From Vezdaea acicularis (taxonomy: Eukaryota), in contig JAPEUI010000067.1 in NCBI GenBank assembly GCA_026025075.1, positions 1-64,000 of the forward strand: a DNA stretch of 64,000 bases, read 5' to 3'. This document shows positions 37,975 to 49,595 of the stretch, one piece after another. A program made the position numbers and the translations under genes. The notes beneath the pieces were generated by a model. That model saw only the letters and a program-made list of their open reading frames with translations, was not told where the DNA came from and did no database searches. How positions within the stretch are numbered: the stretch's first letter is position 1; each line of letters opens with the position of its first letter.

Positions 37975-38691
37975 ATGCGATCAGACGCCCTCTTCACTCT
38001 CCTCTTACTCATCCTACCTGGCGTCACCTCGAGGAAATTCCGTGGTCCTATTAAATGTACCAACATGAGATTCCACGATAGTCTGTGGGGCGGGTTTCCC
38101 CTCGGCTTCCGCAGCGCATATCCAAACCTCCAATCAGTCTGCGAGATAAATCCGGCCATGTACGCAACGTACGAATGTTATTGCGATCTAGATCAGAAGT
38201 TTCATTGTCGTTACCGCGATCTCGCTGGCCATCAGACACACATCCGTCCCCTGTGCGACGAGCATTGTGGTTGTGTTTCCAAAGAAGAGATGGATGAGAG
38301 GGACACTGAGCGTTTTAACAAAAAGCTGGCCCAGAGGATTGCGACTCAAGAAAAGATACGAAGAGGGAGAGAAAGATGCCATAGAGCTTGCTTTGGAGTG
38401 GGGAGGGGTGCATGCGGATCTATAAGGACAAGTTCGCCCGAGTGTCGGGATACTTTTTGCCAATTAGCGAAGGTTGCGGACGCGGCATATTCGGCCGTGG
38501 GAAAATGCACAAGCTTTAGTTCTATAAATCTCAACACATTTGGTAAAAGAGATGGAATTGAGGATGGAGGAGAGCTAGCTTGCGCCTGCAACAGCACCTA
38601 CGTTTCTTCGAGTTGCTGTTTCTCGGAAAGTGGACTGGTTTGGGAGGGCGCTGGATTAAAGCTTGGGATTGTCTCGTCGGATGGACTCTAA
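37975..38691 (+). CDS. Secreted cysteine-rich protein (8-Cys family member 2) with C-terminal CACNxTYVSxxCC module
   Basis: Signal peptide MRSDALFTLLLLILPGVTS; IKC...VC...ECYC...C...LCDEHCGC; KR site before ACACNSTYVSSSCC..GLVWE. Confidence 0.75.
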   Translation: MRSDALFTLLLLILPGVTSRKFRGPIKCTNMRFHDSLWGGFPLGFRSAYPNLQSVCEINPAMYATYECYCDLDQKFHCRYRDLAGHQTHIRPLCDEHCGCVSKEEMDERDTERFNKKLAQRIATQEKIRRGRERCHRACFGVGRGACGSIRTSSPECRDTFCQLAKVADAAYSAVGKCTSFSSINLNTFGKRDGIEDGGELACACNSTYVSSSCCFSESGLVWEGAGLKLGIVSSDGL

Positions 38692-39032
38692 GTTGGATTG
38701 GATGTCAGCTGTTTGCGTAAGACAACCTAAGCTATCGGGTCGAGCACCAACATACTATAGAATAGTGCCTGAACAGAGCAAATGCAAAATACCCTTTGGG
38801 TTCCTGATTGACTCGGAAACTCCACGCGGCATTTGCGTGATTTGAATAGTGATTCTGAGCGCATTGTCTCTTCCTCGCTCCAAGCTTATCGGTACCAATC
38901 CCTACATTCTCTAGGTTCCGATGCTATAACGGATGATGGACCTTGGTTACTATGACGGCTCCCCATCTTTTTCTTTTTGGACGATAACAAATGCCCAGGG
39001 GCGGACCTCCACGTGCTATGGAGTTGCACAAC

Positions 39033-39727
39033 ATGATAAGCGTCACCTTGCTTGCCGCCTTCACTATGTACTTCGCCAGAGCAGTAGATACAGACCATGT
39101 ACTCAGCTGTCCCTGGCCCTACCGCCTCAGCGCTGAAGATTTCCCCTACAGGGTTGATAGGGTAGATTTACCATATGTCCGCAACGCCGTATTTGGTCTC
39201 TGGCAACCGTATCTTACTGCAGTAAGCTCTTTACATCTTAATTTGAAAACGGAGCTGATGAATGGGTGTAGTGGGACCTTTGCGCCGCAGAGTCATTTTA
39301 TCCCAACCTTGGTTGTATGTGTATTGATGGGAAGATGAGTTGCAGGCCTGCAGATCCTCGAATACTACTGGATGTTGCAAACGTGGGGAGGTTTTGCCTT
39401 GGAAGTTGCCAATGCGTCTACTATCGTAGACATCCAGGAGCTGATGAGCCCTTCAGAAGAAAGTCTGAAGAGGTTAGGACTAGGAACCAACTTGCAGGGC
39501 TCCAGACCTTTCGTAGTCTTGATGGGGGCGGCACGAAGGTTGCTGGATCAAGAGGCCGTTCGTCGAAGCAAGCTTCAGGGTCTTCTCGCCAAAAGCAGCG
39601 AATAAGGTCCTGCTGTACAATGAAGAGCTTTGGGGTTGAGAACGATTTCTGTCCTGAGGGGATTTGTCCAAACTCAGAAGACAGTCCCGTATACCGCCTC
39701 GATCCAGCCATGTTGTCCGGAGGATGA
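39033..39727 (+). CDS. Secreted cysteine-rich protein (8-Cys family member 3)
   Basis: Signal peptide MISVTLLAAFTMYFARA; LSCP; intron 39222-39271 gives PYLTA|WDLCAAESFYPNLGCMCIDGKMSC...FCLGSCQC. Confidence 0.7.
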
Positions 39728-39862
39728 GTCGTATGCAATTAGACGGGTGTTACTATCGAAAGCCGCTCAAAATCTAGAATACCTAAGGCGAGAGAAAAAT
39801 GTGACCGATGAGTTCGATCTGGGTTATTCTATCTTGCGCCTTTGCCCAGCCATAGGCACCCA

Positions 39863-41128
39863 TTACACGCAGGCTTTTGTTATGAATCCGTGCTTCCATC
39901 TTAAGCTCCCCATGATAATCACTAAAAACGCTAGGGCGACTGCGATACTTGTGAAGCCATAGAGATAACTGTGCTTCCTCCTGAGACTACTGAGCTCGGA
40001 AACCCATGTGCTGACAGTAGTTAAACAGCCACAGAACCCGTCTTGTACACCTTGCAAAACTTGACATCCCACTATGCTGCCACCAGCCACGCTCATACTG
40101 GAGGACAAGGGAGCATGCTGAAGATCCCATGCCATACCTAAAACCGCAGTACCCAGCATATTGACAGCAAAAGTTCCTAGTGGAAAAGTAGGAAGAAGGT
40201 TGTTAAGGTAAATGCTTGCGTAAAATCGTAGCAAACAGCCGACAGGTGCAAAGACAACAGCGTATATAGCCTGCCCTCGCCAGGTTTCCTGTTTCCAAGA
40301 TACGTAATTATGGCCTGCAGGACCACCTGGCCGGTCTGGTGGCCATATAGCCATAGAAATAGCTCCAACCCACGAGCCCCACGCGATAATGACAATCAGC
40401 CGGTCCATATATCTTTGAACAAACGTGTGTGGTATCGTGGGCATCACCCCGTCAAGTGCATTGGCGACATGGGCACCGAAGAAAAGAGCGGACAAGCAAG
40501 AACATACTATAAGAAGAATAACTGCCACCACTGCCATGAAACTTTCACCGCCATTTCGCGAGGTAGTCGTAGCATTCGTTGCTGGGAGAGACGGGTACGA
40601 TGATGGCGTGGGGAGATCGTTGGACAATGAAAGGAAGACATCTCGCATGAAAGATGAGAAGGATGTAAAGGAACCGCAGAAGCCTGTCGCAAGGCCAATA
40701 TAAAGAGGTATTGTCTTCTTCACGGTGCCATGAACCCTTTTAGCGTTTGTAGCTGTGACTTCTGGGTTCATTTCCAGGTCACCATTGCCTGCATTCGCCC
40801 CATCGTCCTCGAAATTCTCCTTGCGGTCATTTCCTCTCTTCTTGATGCTCTTTAAAGTCCTCACGTCCCCCCATTCATCACTAAACAGCCTCCTGTCCTC
40901 GCCCAAGAAACCCATGAATAGGCTTCCACCAAAATTTGCCCATAACTCACCAAGCGCCACAGGAGCTCCAGGATAGAAGGTTATCGTTTGAAGACCGAGA
41001 CGGGCAAGCGTGCCAAGTATTGCGAAGAGAATAAGATACGAGATCGTGTATAGCTGGGTTGCAATTGCCGAAGCTCGTTTATGCTTCAACGGGCCTTTGT
41101 CCGATGGACGAAGTGGTTTACTAGCCAT
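39863..41128 (-). CDS. FEX1: Fluoride exporter FEX (tandem CrcB/Fluc domains)
   Basis: ILGTLARLGL, WANFGGSLFMG, GLATGFCGSFTSFSSF; second domain APVGCLLRF, FPLGTFAVNMLGT, DGFCGCLTTVSTW; the 5' end may extend upstream through an intron. Confidence 0.93.
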   Translation of the reverse strand: MASKPLRPSDKGPLKHKRASAIATQLYTISYLILFAILGTLARLGLQTITFYPGAPVALGELWANFGGSLFMGFLGEDRRLFSDEWGDVRTLKSIKKRGNDRKENFEDDGANAGNGDLEMNPEVTATNAKRVHGTVKKTIPLYIGLATGFCGSFTSFSSFMRDVFLSLSNDLPTPSSYPSLPATNATTTSRNGGESFMAVVAVILLIVCSCLSALFFGAHVANALDGVMPTIPHTFVQRYMDRLIVIIAWGSWVGAISMAIWPPDRPGGPAGHNYVSWKQETWRGQAIYAVVFAPVGCLLRFYASIYLNNLLPTFPLGTFAVNMLGTAVLGMAWDLQHAPLSSSMSVAGGSIVGCQVLQGVQDGFCGCLTTVSTWVSELSSLRRKHSYLYGFTSIAVALAFLVIIMGSLRWKHGFITKACV

Positions 41129-41630
41129 TTCGCGATCCTTTCTTAGGTCGTCGTTGGAATATATTTCTTCATTCCGTAAACCTTCCGAAGTATGGCGCTG
41201 GAAAAAATGCCGTTCCGTGGAATTTTCAAAGGGTGGTGAGTCCGCAGCGTCATCTATGTTTGCGGAGTTGTCCGGATATCTGCAATCGGTTTTCTCCTTT
41301 ATCTCCCGCAGTTAGCTGGTACTTTCCATGGTGGCAACCGCTGCATAGCTGAATAGGCTGGAACTTTGGTCTCAGAGCTGGGCCTCTCATTTATTGTGGA
41401 AGTTCTTGTTGTCCTCTACGCCTATACTGACGAAGGTGGTTGGAGCAAACAAGAGGAATGCAGCTAACCGAACGCAGATGGCTCCTAAAGCTTAGATGCT
41501 GCTCGCTCCTTCATGGGCCCTCTCAAAGTCAATCCACCTTGAAGCTATCAAGATTGTTTCAACGCCGCCCGATTACATTAAGGCTACCCTTATAGCCCGA
41601 AGTGATAAGCAGTGCCCCACCGAGCATGAG

Positions 41631-42443
41631 ATGGCCCCAGATCTTCCATCAAATGTACATGTTTCGAAGCATCCTTGTCTTCGCGTAAAGCTTTCACAAC
41701 TACGTTCTCATAAAGTAAATGCTCGAGAAACGAAGACCTTGATACATGAGATTGCTATAATAATCGGCTGTGAAGCACTAGCAAATGCCGTGCAGCTAGT
41801 CGACGGCGCCGAGGTGCGATACACCCTTATACAAAATCCTTCTCCCAATTTTGATTTTGATGTCTTCACATAACTTATCCTCACCAGGATACATCACCCC
41901 TTGGTTATACCTATACTACCCGTACCCTTTCGCCTCGAATATCCCTCATTCCAATTCTTCGTTCGGGTCTTGGCATGTTAGAAGGTCCACATAACCCATC
42001 AGTTATATTGAGAAATTTTTACTAAAGATTCTGTAGCAATTCAAACACTACTCCCAGAACCAGTTCCTGTGCATCACCTAGGTCTCTTTCGCGAACCAAC
42101 AAGCCTACAACCCGTAGAGTACTACAACAATCTACCTTACCATGACAATTCGACTGTCGGGAGTAATGCCGTTGCTGAGTTGGCTATTCTAGTTGATCCA
42201 GTGATCGCTACTGGCGGAACTTCTGTTGCTGCCATTCAGACCTTACGAGAATGGGGTGTCAAGAAAGTTCTTTTGATTGCTGTGTTAGGAAGCGAATTTG
42301 GTGTAAAGCAAGCAGCAAAAGAATGGCCTGAAGGCGTTGATGTCTGGGTTGGCGACGTAGATCCCGATTGTGACGCCAAGGGAATGATTAAGCCAGGTTT
42401 AGGCGATGTGGGTGACCGCCTTTTCTTGACTATTGGGAAATAG
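41631..42443 (+). CDS. Uracil phosphoribosyltransferase
   Basis: NVHVSKHPCLRVKLSQLR, LIPILRSGLGM, HHLGLFRE, PRPP motif ILVDPVIATGGT, GMIKPGLGDVGDRLF; 2 introns. Confidence 0.93.
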
Positions 42444-43201
42444 TCTTAGTCACTCATGGCGAAGACTTCAAAAAAGGAGTATATGGCTTTATCGGAGGTC
42501 TACCGGCTATGATGCATACTGCGGCGCATACAAGAGGGGGTCACGCGCGGATATCCTTGACGTTTGAATAGAGACTAGCGGTAATCCCAAACCTCCTTCT
42601 TACTGCATTCTGTGATGATACTTAACCTCGTGAAGAAGGTACGTCTTCAACAAACAAGACATGGTGAAGCGTGTTCATCTGTCACCCGATCTGGAGCCCC
42701 ATAATCTAATGCCTGCATAGCTCTGGTGAATCTCCTTTTATCCTGCTTGGGTTGCGCATGCAGCTGAAGCTAGGCAAAATTCGAGAAACAAGAAATGATA
42801 CTTTCAGTATCGTACTACGCGCTCGCTTTTGCCCTATGGCTTGCGAAGAACAACCCTAGGACCTGTAGTTGAGCAATATGCAGATAAACGAGATTGCAGA
42901 TTGGCCACTACTTGTTCCGATCAGAGCACCAATTTCCCACGTCTACTGAATCTGTAATTAGTATGGAATGATAGAATCTTCTCTCCTCCCCGTTTACTCG
43001 GTTCTTGTGTTGGTCTAAGCCGGGGTGGGGGCCTGTTGATCAAAATCGGTAAAAGGGGGGTTTCGGGAAAGCTTCTCTGTATGTGTATCTCTCTCCCAGC
43101 ACAATAGAATTGTGGAGTCTTCATTAATACTTGCGAAGCGGATTAGAAAAGACGTAGAAAAAAGAGATGAATGTAGCAGGTATCGCATTTTACCAGGGTC
43201 C

Positions 43202-44895
43202 ATGGAGTCACATGAGGGCCAGCGGAACCAAGTCCCCTTTTCTTACCGCCACCTGTGTCTGGCGGCATCACTCCTCAAATGTACTCCTAATAGAGGCGCG
43301 AAAGGTAAGCCACTATGCTCTCCAGTCATGTTATCATCCTTATCGTTATTTCTGTTAGAATACATTCTAGAGCTCCGACGGTGCATGCAAGACAGCGAAC
43401 GGACGAAGGACAATTTTGATCTCGCTATGTACTGGAAAGAAAAATATCAACAGGTGCTGGCAGAGAACAGAAAGTTAGGAGACAAAGTACTTGAGTTACA
43501 AACGAACGAAAAGGTATCGCAGCTGGACATGGGTAACCAGTCACTTGTTCATGTTGGTATAAGGGTCTCAAATTCCTCTGCAGTAGCACCTTCAGGCTGT
43601 GAGTTCTGATTCAATCCGTCGATATTGAAGTGAGTAGATTAGCTGACATGTGCAAACAAGCTCTGGTTCTGCTGCAAAATATTCAGGAATTGCAAGCTCT
43701 ACTTAGGAAGCGCAAAATCGATGCCTTACAACTAGAAAATGCAGTAGCTAGCGTAGCTTCATCAGCATCCTCAATGCTTTCAGCGTTTTCTGAGGTCACA
43801 CCTGCTACCTCATCTTCAATTTTTTCACCTGCTCTTCCATCATCCGGAACTGTCGCAACCAAGTCTGCGCATAGCTGTGATATTGATCTAGAGGCCCTTA
43901 CCTCTCATATATCTGTCTCAATTCGGGACATGATGAAGGGCCTGAACAAGATCTACAGTGCAACTGATAATACCCGCTCCACAAATGTCGTTATTAACAA
44001 ACTTGTGACCCTTTATGGAAAATTGTTACAGTATTCGAATGTTATATCTACACAACAATCTCGAAATTCTCACGTTTTCGCATTTCCTGGTCCACCTCAA
44101 TCCACGAGGAAACGCCCACAATCTGCTCTGCCTCCAAGGCCTTCTAACATGAGCGAGAAGAATAAGAGAAGACCTGCTTCAGCACTTCAACCATCTGCGA
44201 TATGCAACAGCAAATCTGCATCAAAGAGCCTCACTGCGGAGATGTCCACTGCAATTCAAAACGCTAATGACGGGCTGACCACTATAAAGACGGCTTTGGA
44301 GCCCCAGGCGACACAGACAGGGCCTGAAAAGGTATCGAAAGCAGCGATAGATACCCGGGACTATCTCTTCCAGCTGCTGGCTTTGATGGGAAAACTCCTC
44401 GATTGGTCCAAGCCTGCTCACCGCGAATTGCTCGAAGGTTACGCCTTTCTTCTTCTATCGCACGCGGGTAAGGTTTTGGGTCTTGCGACGTTCAAGGAAG
44501 ATGTGACAAGGCCGCTGGGAAGCATGGATGGGCGAACGAACGAGACAAAAGCTCTTGATGTCTCGGCGGCTCTACAACAAGCCCCTTATATCATTTGGGC
44601 TCTGAAACAGATGATGCCGCAGATTAGGATGAATGAACAGCTGCTAGCTGACGTCAATGATCAGACTAGCCTATCAAGATTCGCACGGGCCCGTTTGCAG
44701 AACACACTTCTAAGAGCCGTTTTTGGAGAAAAACATCGCGAATTTGCTCAGGGGCTTAGGTTGCCTCAAGCTCTTGATCTGCAGAAAGAGCAAAGTCCAA
44801 GCCATTCGGCGTCCGATGACGTGGCGAGTTGGTTTACTTCGGAGGTATGGCGATTGGTAGGGTGGGACGCATTGGGAAGGACGTTAGATGCGTAG
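43202..44895 (+). CDS. Fungal hypothetical protein
   Basis: ORFs 43112-43609 and 43630-44895 join through 2 introns; conserved-looking C-terminus RLQNTLLRAVFG...WFTSEVWRLVGWDAL. Confidence 0.7.
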
Positions 44896-44998
44896 GTGGC
44901 GCACTGGGCAATCAATGGGATACCCACGTTCTCTCGTGTAGGAGTATAACCTTACATTGAGCACGCTGATAGGTATAAGCTAGTGAATGGCTTTTGGT

Positions 44999-46122
44999 CT
45001 AGTAGGTAGCGGCTAATCTCTGGACCAAGTACTCCCGGCTGTTGACACCAGGATACTTCTTCCCTTCGCTTCCATACGTTCCGGGGATTGCATCTATGAA
45101 CTTGTCGAAATTTGGATTTCCAAAGTATGCTATCGAATAGCGCGCTGGATACTCCCCGGATGCTGGCGGAATAGGTGGCTCAACCACTCGATGCTTGGTC
45201 GACTTTATTCTATCGTTTGACCATCGCTGAAGTAAGTCTCCTGCGTTGACTACGACGGTACCAGGGATTGGCGTGGCGTCGACAAAGGTTCCCCTGGGAG
45301 TACCGACTTGAAGGCCGCCTCGATCGTCTTGAAAGAGTAGTGTGATCGACCCTATATCTGCATCAGCGGCAGTAAGACCATGATATTGGAAACTATCACC
45401 GTAATCAGAATGTTCCCCAGCCCGCACCTGGGCCTTGTTCTTCTCAAATACCGTCTTCCCTACTGGTGGATAGTGTAGTAGCCTCAGAGTGTTATCGGCC
45501 CCATCCGTGTATTGGTCAAAGTATCGCTCGTCTAGCCCCATGCCCAAGGCAATGCTCCTCATCACCAGCATGTTCAACGCTTGGCACTCCTCAAAGAAAT
45601 CCAACATTACCCTCTTGAACTCCTCCCCTTCTTGGTCAAACTTGTCTGGCCAATGATTTGGATATCCCGGCTCATTCTCTTTCCCGATTTCCATACTCTC
45701 CTTGAGATCGGGCGCTTGCGCACGTAAGGCCTCTACATCGTTGGGGTCGGTCAAGTCTGTGACTTTCTCTCGGCCGGGAGCGACATAGCCCCGGTTTGAC
45801 TCTGGTGTCGTCCACGCAAGGCTGTCTTTCTGTTCTTCTGGGCGGGCAAAGAACTTGCTTGATTCCTTAAATACCGTGCGTACACAATCGCTTGAGATCC
45901 CATGGTTCTTGAGATAGATAAAACCAGCCGTCTGGAAGCCGTCGAGCACGGCCTTGGCTACGGATACCTTCTCGTTCAAGGCGCCTTGGCGGAAGAGTGA
46001 GAAATCTATAAGCTGAGGGTGGTGTGAGAGGTCACTTCATACTGCGGGAAGCAGGTATATGGTAAGCATACAGGGATCGCTAAGTCATCTTTCGACACTG
46101 CCAATTCGCTCGTCGAGCCCAT
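44999..46122 (-). CDS. T7H: Thymine 7-hydroxylase (thymine dioxygenase; 2OG-Fe(II))
   Basis: IP|LIDFS, GFQTAGFIYLKN, WTTPESNRGY..GREKVT, LRLLHYP, RAGEHSDYG|SITLLFQD, KSTKHRV, RYSIAYF, YLVQRLAATY match the recalled Neurospora T7H; adjacent to IDCase. Confidence 0.9.
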
Positions 46123-46544
46123 GGTGAAGCGGCGATAGATGGCTGATTGATGATTATGAGAGTGATGTGCAGCCAGTAGCGGGGTTATGAGACTTTATTA
46201 TAGATCTTGTGCGGGTTTAAGTCGTGAATCTAGAAAGTCCTGAGCTTATCTTTAGCTCACTGTTACACCAGCCACGCGGGGTTAAGTCTCGGCCCTACGA
46301 GCAGGGTACGAGCAGGGACATGCCACCCACCTTGCACGAGCGCATCCGGCTTGCTGCTTGGCGATACAATCGTCACCTTGTATACGAATCAGTTCAGATC
46401 GCACGGATCAATTGCTGATTGAGTCTGGGATCTCGAACATTACACGTATCTGCTGACTGCGATTGCTGAACTTGATTATTCCGCGTATTTTCGGCAGTCG
46501 CATTATCACCGGTTTGACTTGGCAAGAATCATTCACCAGACAGG

Positions 46545-47678
46545 ATGCCTATCGTCGATATACACACACATGTATATCCTCCATTCTATATGGACCTTCT
46601 CCGCTCGCGAGAAAAGCTTCCCTATGTTCGCTCTTTTCCCCCAGACACATCAGAGCGCCTTATCATATTGCCCGGCGAAGATGACCCATCGATGCCGTCT
46701 ACGGCTCGAGGGCGTCCTGTCGGTCCTGATTACTACGATATCGAGAGGAAGTTGGGCTTCATGAGAGACCACGGGATCGATATCTCGGTCATCTCACTTG
46801 CAAACCCCTGGCTCGACTTTTTAGATCCAGAAGAAGCCGGGCCCACTGCTACTAGGACGAACAAGGAGATCAATGAGATTTGCTCCAAGCATCCAGGCAA
46901 ACTGTTCGCGTTTGGGGCTCTTCCACTCTCAGCAAGGGCGGACATAATCGTCGAGGAAGTTCATAGGATTAAGAGACTAGAATTCATGCGTGGTATCATG
47001 ATGGGAACGTCAGGCTTAGGCCAAGGCCTCGACGACCCGGAACTTGAACCAGTATGGAGGGCGATCGAGCAAACCGGCCAGCTGCTCTTCCTACACCCTC
47101 ATTATGGCTTGCCAAAGGAGGTCTATGGACCCCGAGCGTCAGACTACGGGCACGTCCTCCCGCTTGCTCTAGGGTTCCCGCTGGAGACGACCATCGCAAT
47201 GACAAGAATGATTCTGTCCGGTGTATTCGATCGGTTCGCCGACTTGAAAATTCTTCTCGCGCACAGCGGAGGTACTCTTCCTTACCTGGCTGGCCGGGTT
47301 GATATGTGCGTCCAGCACGACCGGCATATGCAAAAGGGGCTCAAATCAGTCGAGGAGATCTTACACCAAAACGTCTACTTGGATGCAATCCTCTACAATA
47401 CTAAGATGCTGAGTGCAGCAGCATCCTCAGTGGGGGGAAGCAAGCACGATGGCTTCAGCAACATGATGTTTGGAACGGACCATCCGTTCTTCCCACCGCT
47501 TGACAAAGAGCAATCGTCGCATTGGCCGAGCACGGAGAAAACGTTCAATCTGCTTTTCCGCGGACTGGAGTGGAAAGGCGAGGCTGACGGCGGCCCGTAC
47601 GCTGCCCCCGACCGCAAGACGGTTGCGGGGAAGTTGCTAGGAGGAAACGCATGCCGGATCCTGAATATCGAGGGTTGA
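46545..47678 (+). CDS. IDC: Uracil-5-carboxylate (isoorotate) decarboxylase, amidohydrolase-2 family
   Basis: VDIHTHVYPP, ISVISLANPWLDF, FLHPHYGL, YGHVLPLALGFPLETT, LAHSGGTLPYLAGR, MFGTDHPFFPP. Confidence 0.92.
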   Translation: MPIVDIHTHVYPPFYMDLLRSREKLPYVRSFPPDTSERLIILPGEDDPSMPSTARGRPVGPDYYDIERKLGFMRDHGIDISVISLANPWLDFLDPEEAGPTATRTNKEINEICSKHPGKLFAFGALPLSARADIIVEEVHRIKRLEFMRGIMMGTSGLGQGLDDPELEPVWRAIEQTGQLLFLHPHYGLPKEVYGPRASDYGHVLPLALGFPLETTIAMTRMILSGVFDRFADLKILLAHSGGTLPYLAGRVDMCVQHDRHMQKGLKSVEEILHQNVYLDAILYNTKMLSAAASSVGGSKHDGFSNMMFGTDHPFFPPLDKEQSSHWPSTEKTFNLLFRGLEWKGEADGGPYAAPDRKTVAGKLLGGNACRILNIEG

Positions 47679-49595
47679 GATTTCCTGATCCCTTGAAATT
47701 ATGACTACGAAGTTCGCACCGGACTGGGCGGTCACCTCGAATGTCGCAATGCGAATGGGCGGGGGGAGCATCGAATGAGCAGGGCGAACGTCAACACGAG
47801 CATAAATGATGCGATGGAGTTTAGGTTTTCCATGACCAATGAGCCACGGGCGAGCCGTTCGTGCCCGGAAATCGCTTACTCACTGCATGCGTCTCCCCCA
47901 ATTTCACCATCGCTTGCGCGGATGAAATGCTGATGTGCCTGAAACACGATGCTTCTCGATGGGGAAATGGCCTCTGCGTTCTTAATAAGAGCTTGCAGAC
48001 TTTTGCGCTGGACGTCGCACACGATTGAGTAATGGGTTTGCTTAGCAGCAGGGTGAGCAGGGCGACGGTGGCATCATCAGGTGGATTCGATCGAGTCATG
48101 GGATGGTGTAGCGTCGTAGAGCTTGCTCGCCAGTTACGTAAATCGCTTGTGCCGGGACGAGCACCAATTGGTCGCGCGAGGCTAGCCGACGGAAAAATAT
48201 TCGGTGGTCTCCAGCCTAGAGAGTAGACAAAGGGAAGAGAGTCGCAATAGCGGCGACAGGTTGTTGCATTTCGTTGACATCAGATTTACGATGCAGGATT
48301 TTGCATCGTGGGGAACGGGCTCCGTCCACAAAAGCGTCCACAGGCTTTTTGGGAACCCAGCGACGGACCCTTCCCCTTAGCGGGATCCCCCAGGGCGAAT
48401 GACGGCGCGCGCTTCTCTTTTGGCGAGTTGGACCCGTGCCAAGAGATCCGAGAATGCGGGGAAGGGGGAAAGAGCGCGGAAGGGCGGAAGCGAGGGAAAG
48501 GAAAGAGCGGCGGGCGGCGGGTGCATCGTCGTAGGGCAGGCGCGAACACGTTGCGAGGGGTGTTCCAGAAGACTGCCCGCTTCGATCGGGCCTGCATCTT
48601 GCCAAGCTCCCCCCCTCCAGCACCAAAGGAGGGTTCTCCCAACGCAGAAGCCGCGCATCGGCGCTGAAAAGCAATTAATCCACGATTACCTGAAACGGCA
48701 CGCGCTGGCCGCTCATTCGTCCTGAATGATGCATGATCGGACAATTAGCGGTTGTGAGGTTTTCCCAATGGAGGCGACAAAGGTCGCTGAAGAGCGAAAG
48801 CGTGCGCAGGAAGCAGCTGCCTCGGCTCGCCGGCAAAAGCGGCGAGCGTCCGGCGTGGCTGAAAAATTCACCGCGTTCGAGCGTGCGCGCCGAAGCGGTG
48901 ACGGAGCACAAGCCACGCGCACAGGAAAAGGAACGAGACAGGACGAGAGCGACGGAGAGAGAGCAGAGGGGGGGAAGCGCAGGCGTCGCGCGTGCATCGG
49001 GGGCGAGGGGGAGGAGCCACACGGAGATGCAGACGGAGGACCAGGCAGTGGACATGAAGGAGCAGAGAAAGTAGGGACGCAGCTAGAGAGGGTAAGAGGA
49101 GAGACGCAGCCAGCGAGCGGCGAGCCATCGAAAGGGCACGTCTGATCGGCTGACAGGTCACCAGCCCTCAATCCTCTCCCTCCATCCAATGCACCGCGAC
49201 CTGCCTCCTCACACCGCGCACCGTCCCGACACGCCTCCAACCAACTCCGTCCTGGTCTGTTTGGGGAATTGCCAGCGAGTCGCAGCCCCCGAAGCGGCCG
49301 CCATGTCCCCCGCTCATCGAACCGTCGGGGCTCCCTCTGCGCCAAAACGTAATGGCCAGCGAGGTCATTCGAGGAAGGGTTTCCACCACCGCGCGTGATG
49401 CTTGGAAGAGCCACCGAGGTCGCGATCCTGCTCGGGGTTCCTTGGTTCGAGGGCGCGATCCGGCTCGGCGAATGAGCGGGCAGCAGCAGCATCAGCAGCA
49501 GCCGCAGCGGAGGCTACAGACCGGCGAGCGGCGATCGTCGGCTCAAGCCGAAGATACCCACTCGCGCTGTCGTGCGACTTGCTCTGTCTGCGCCA

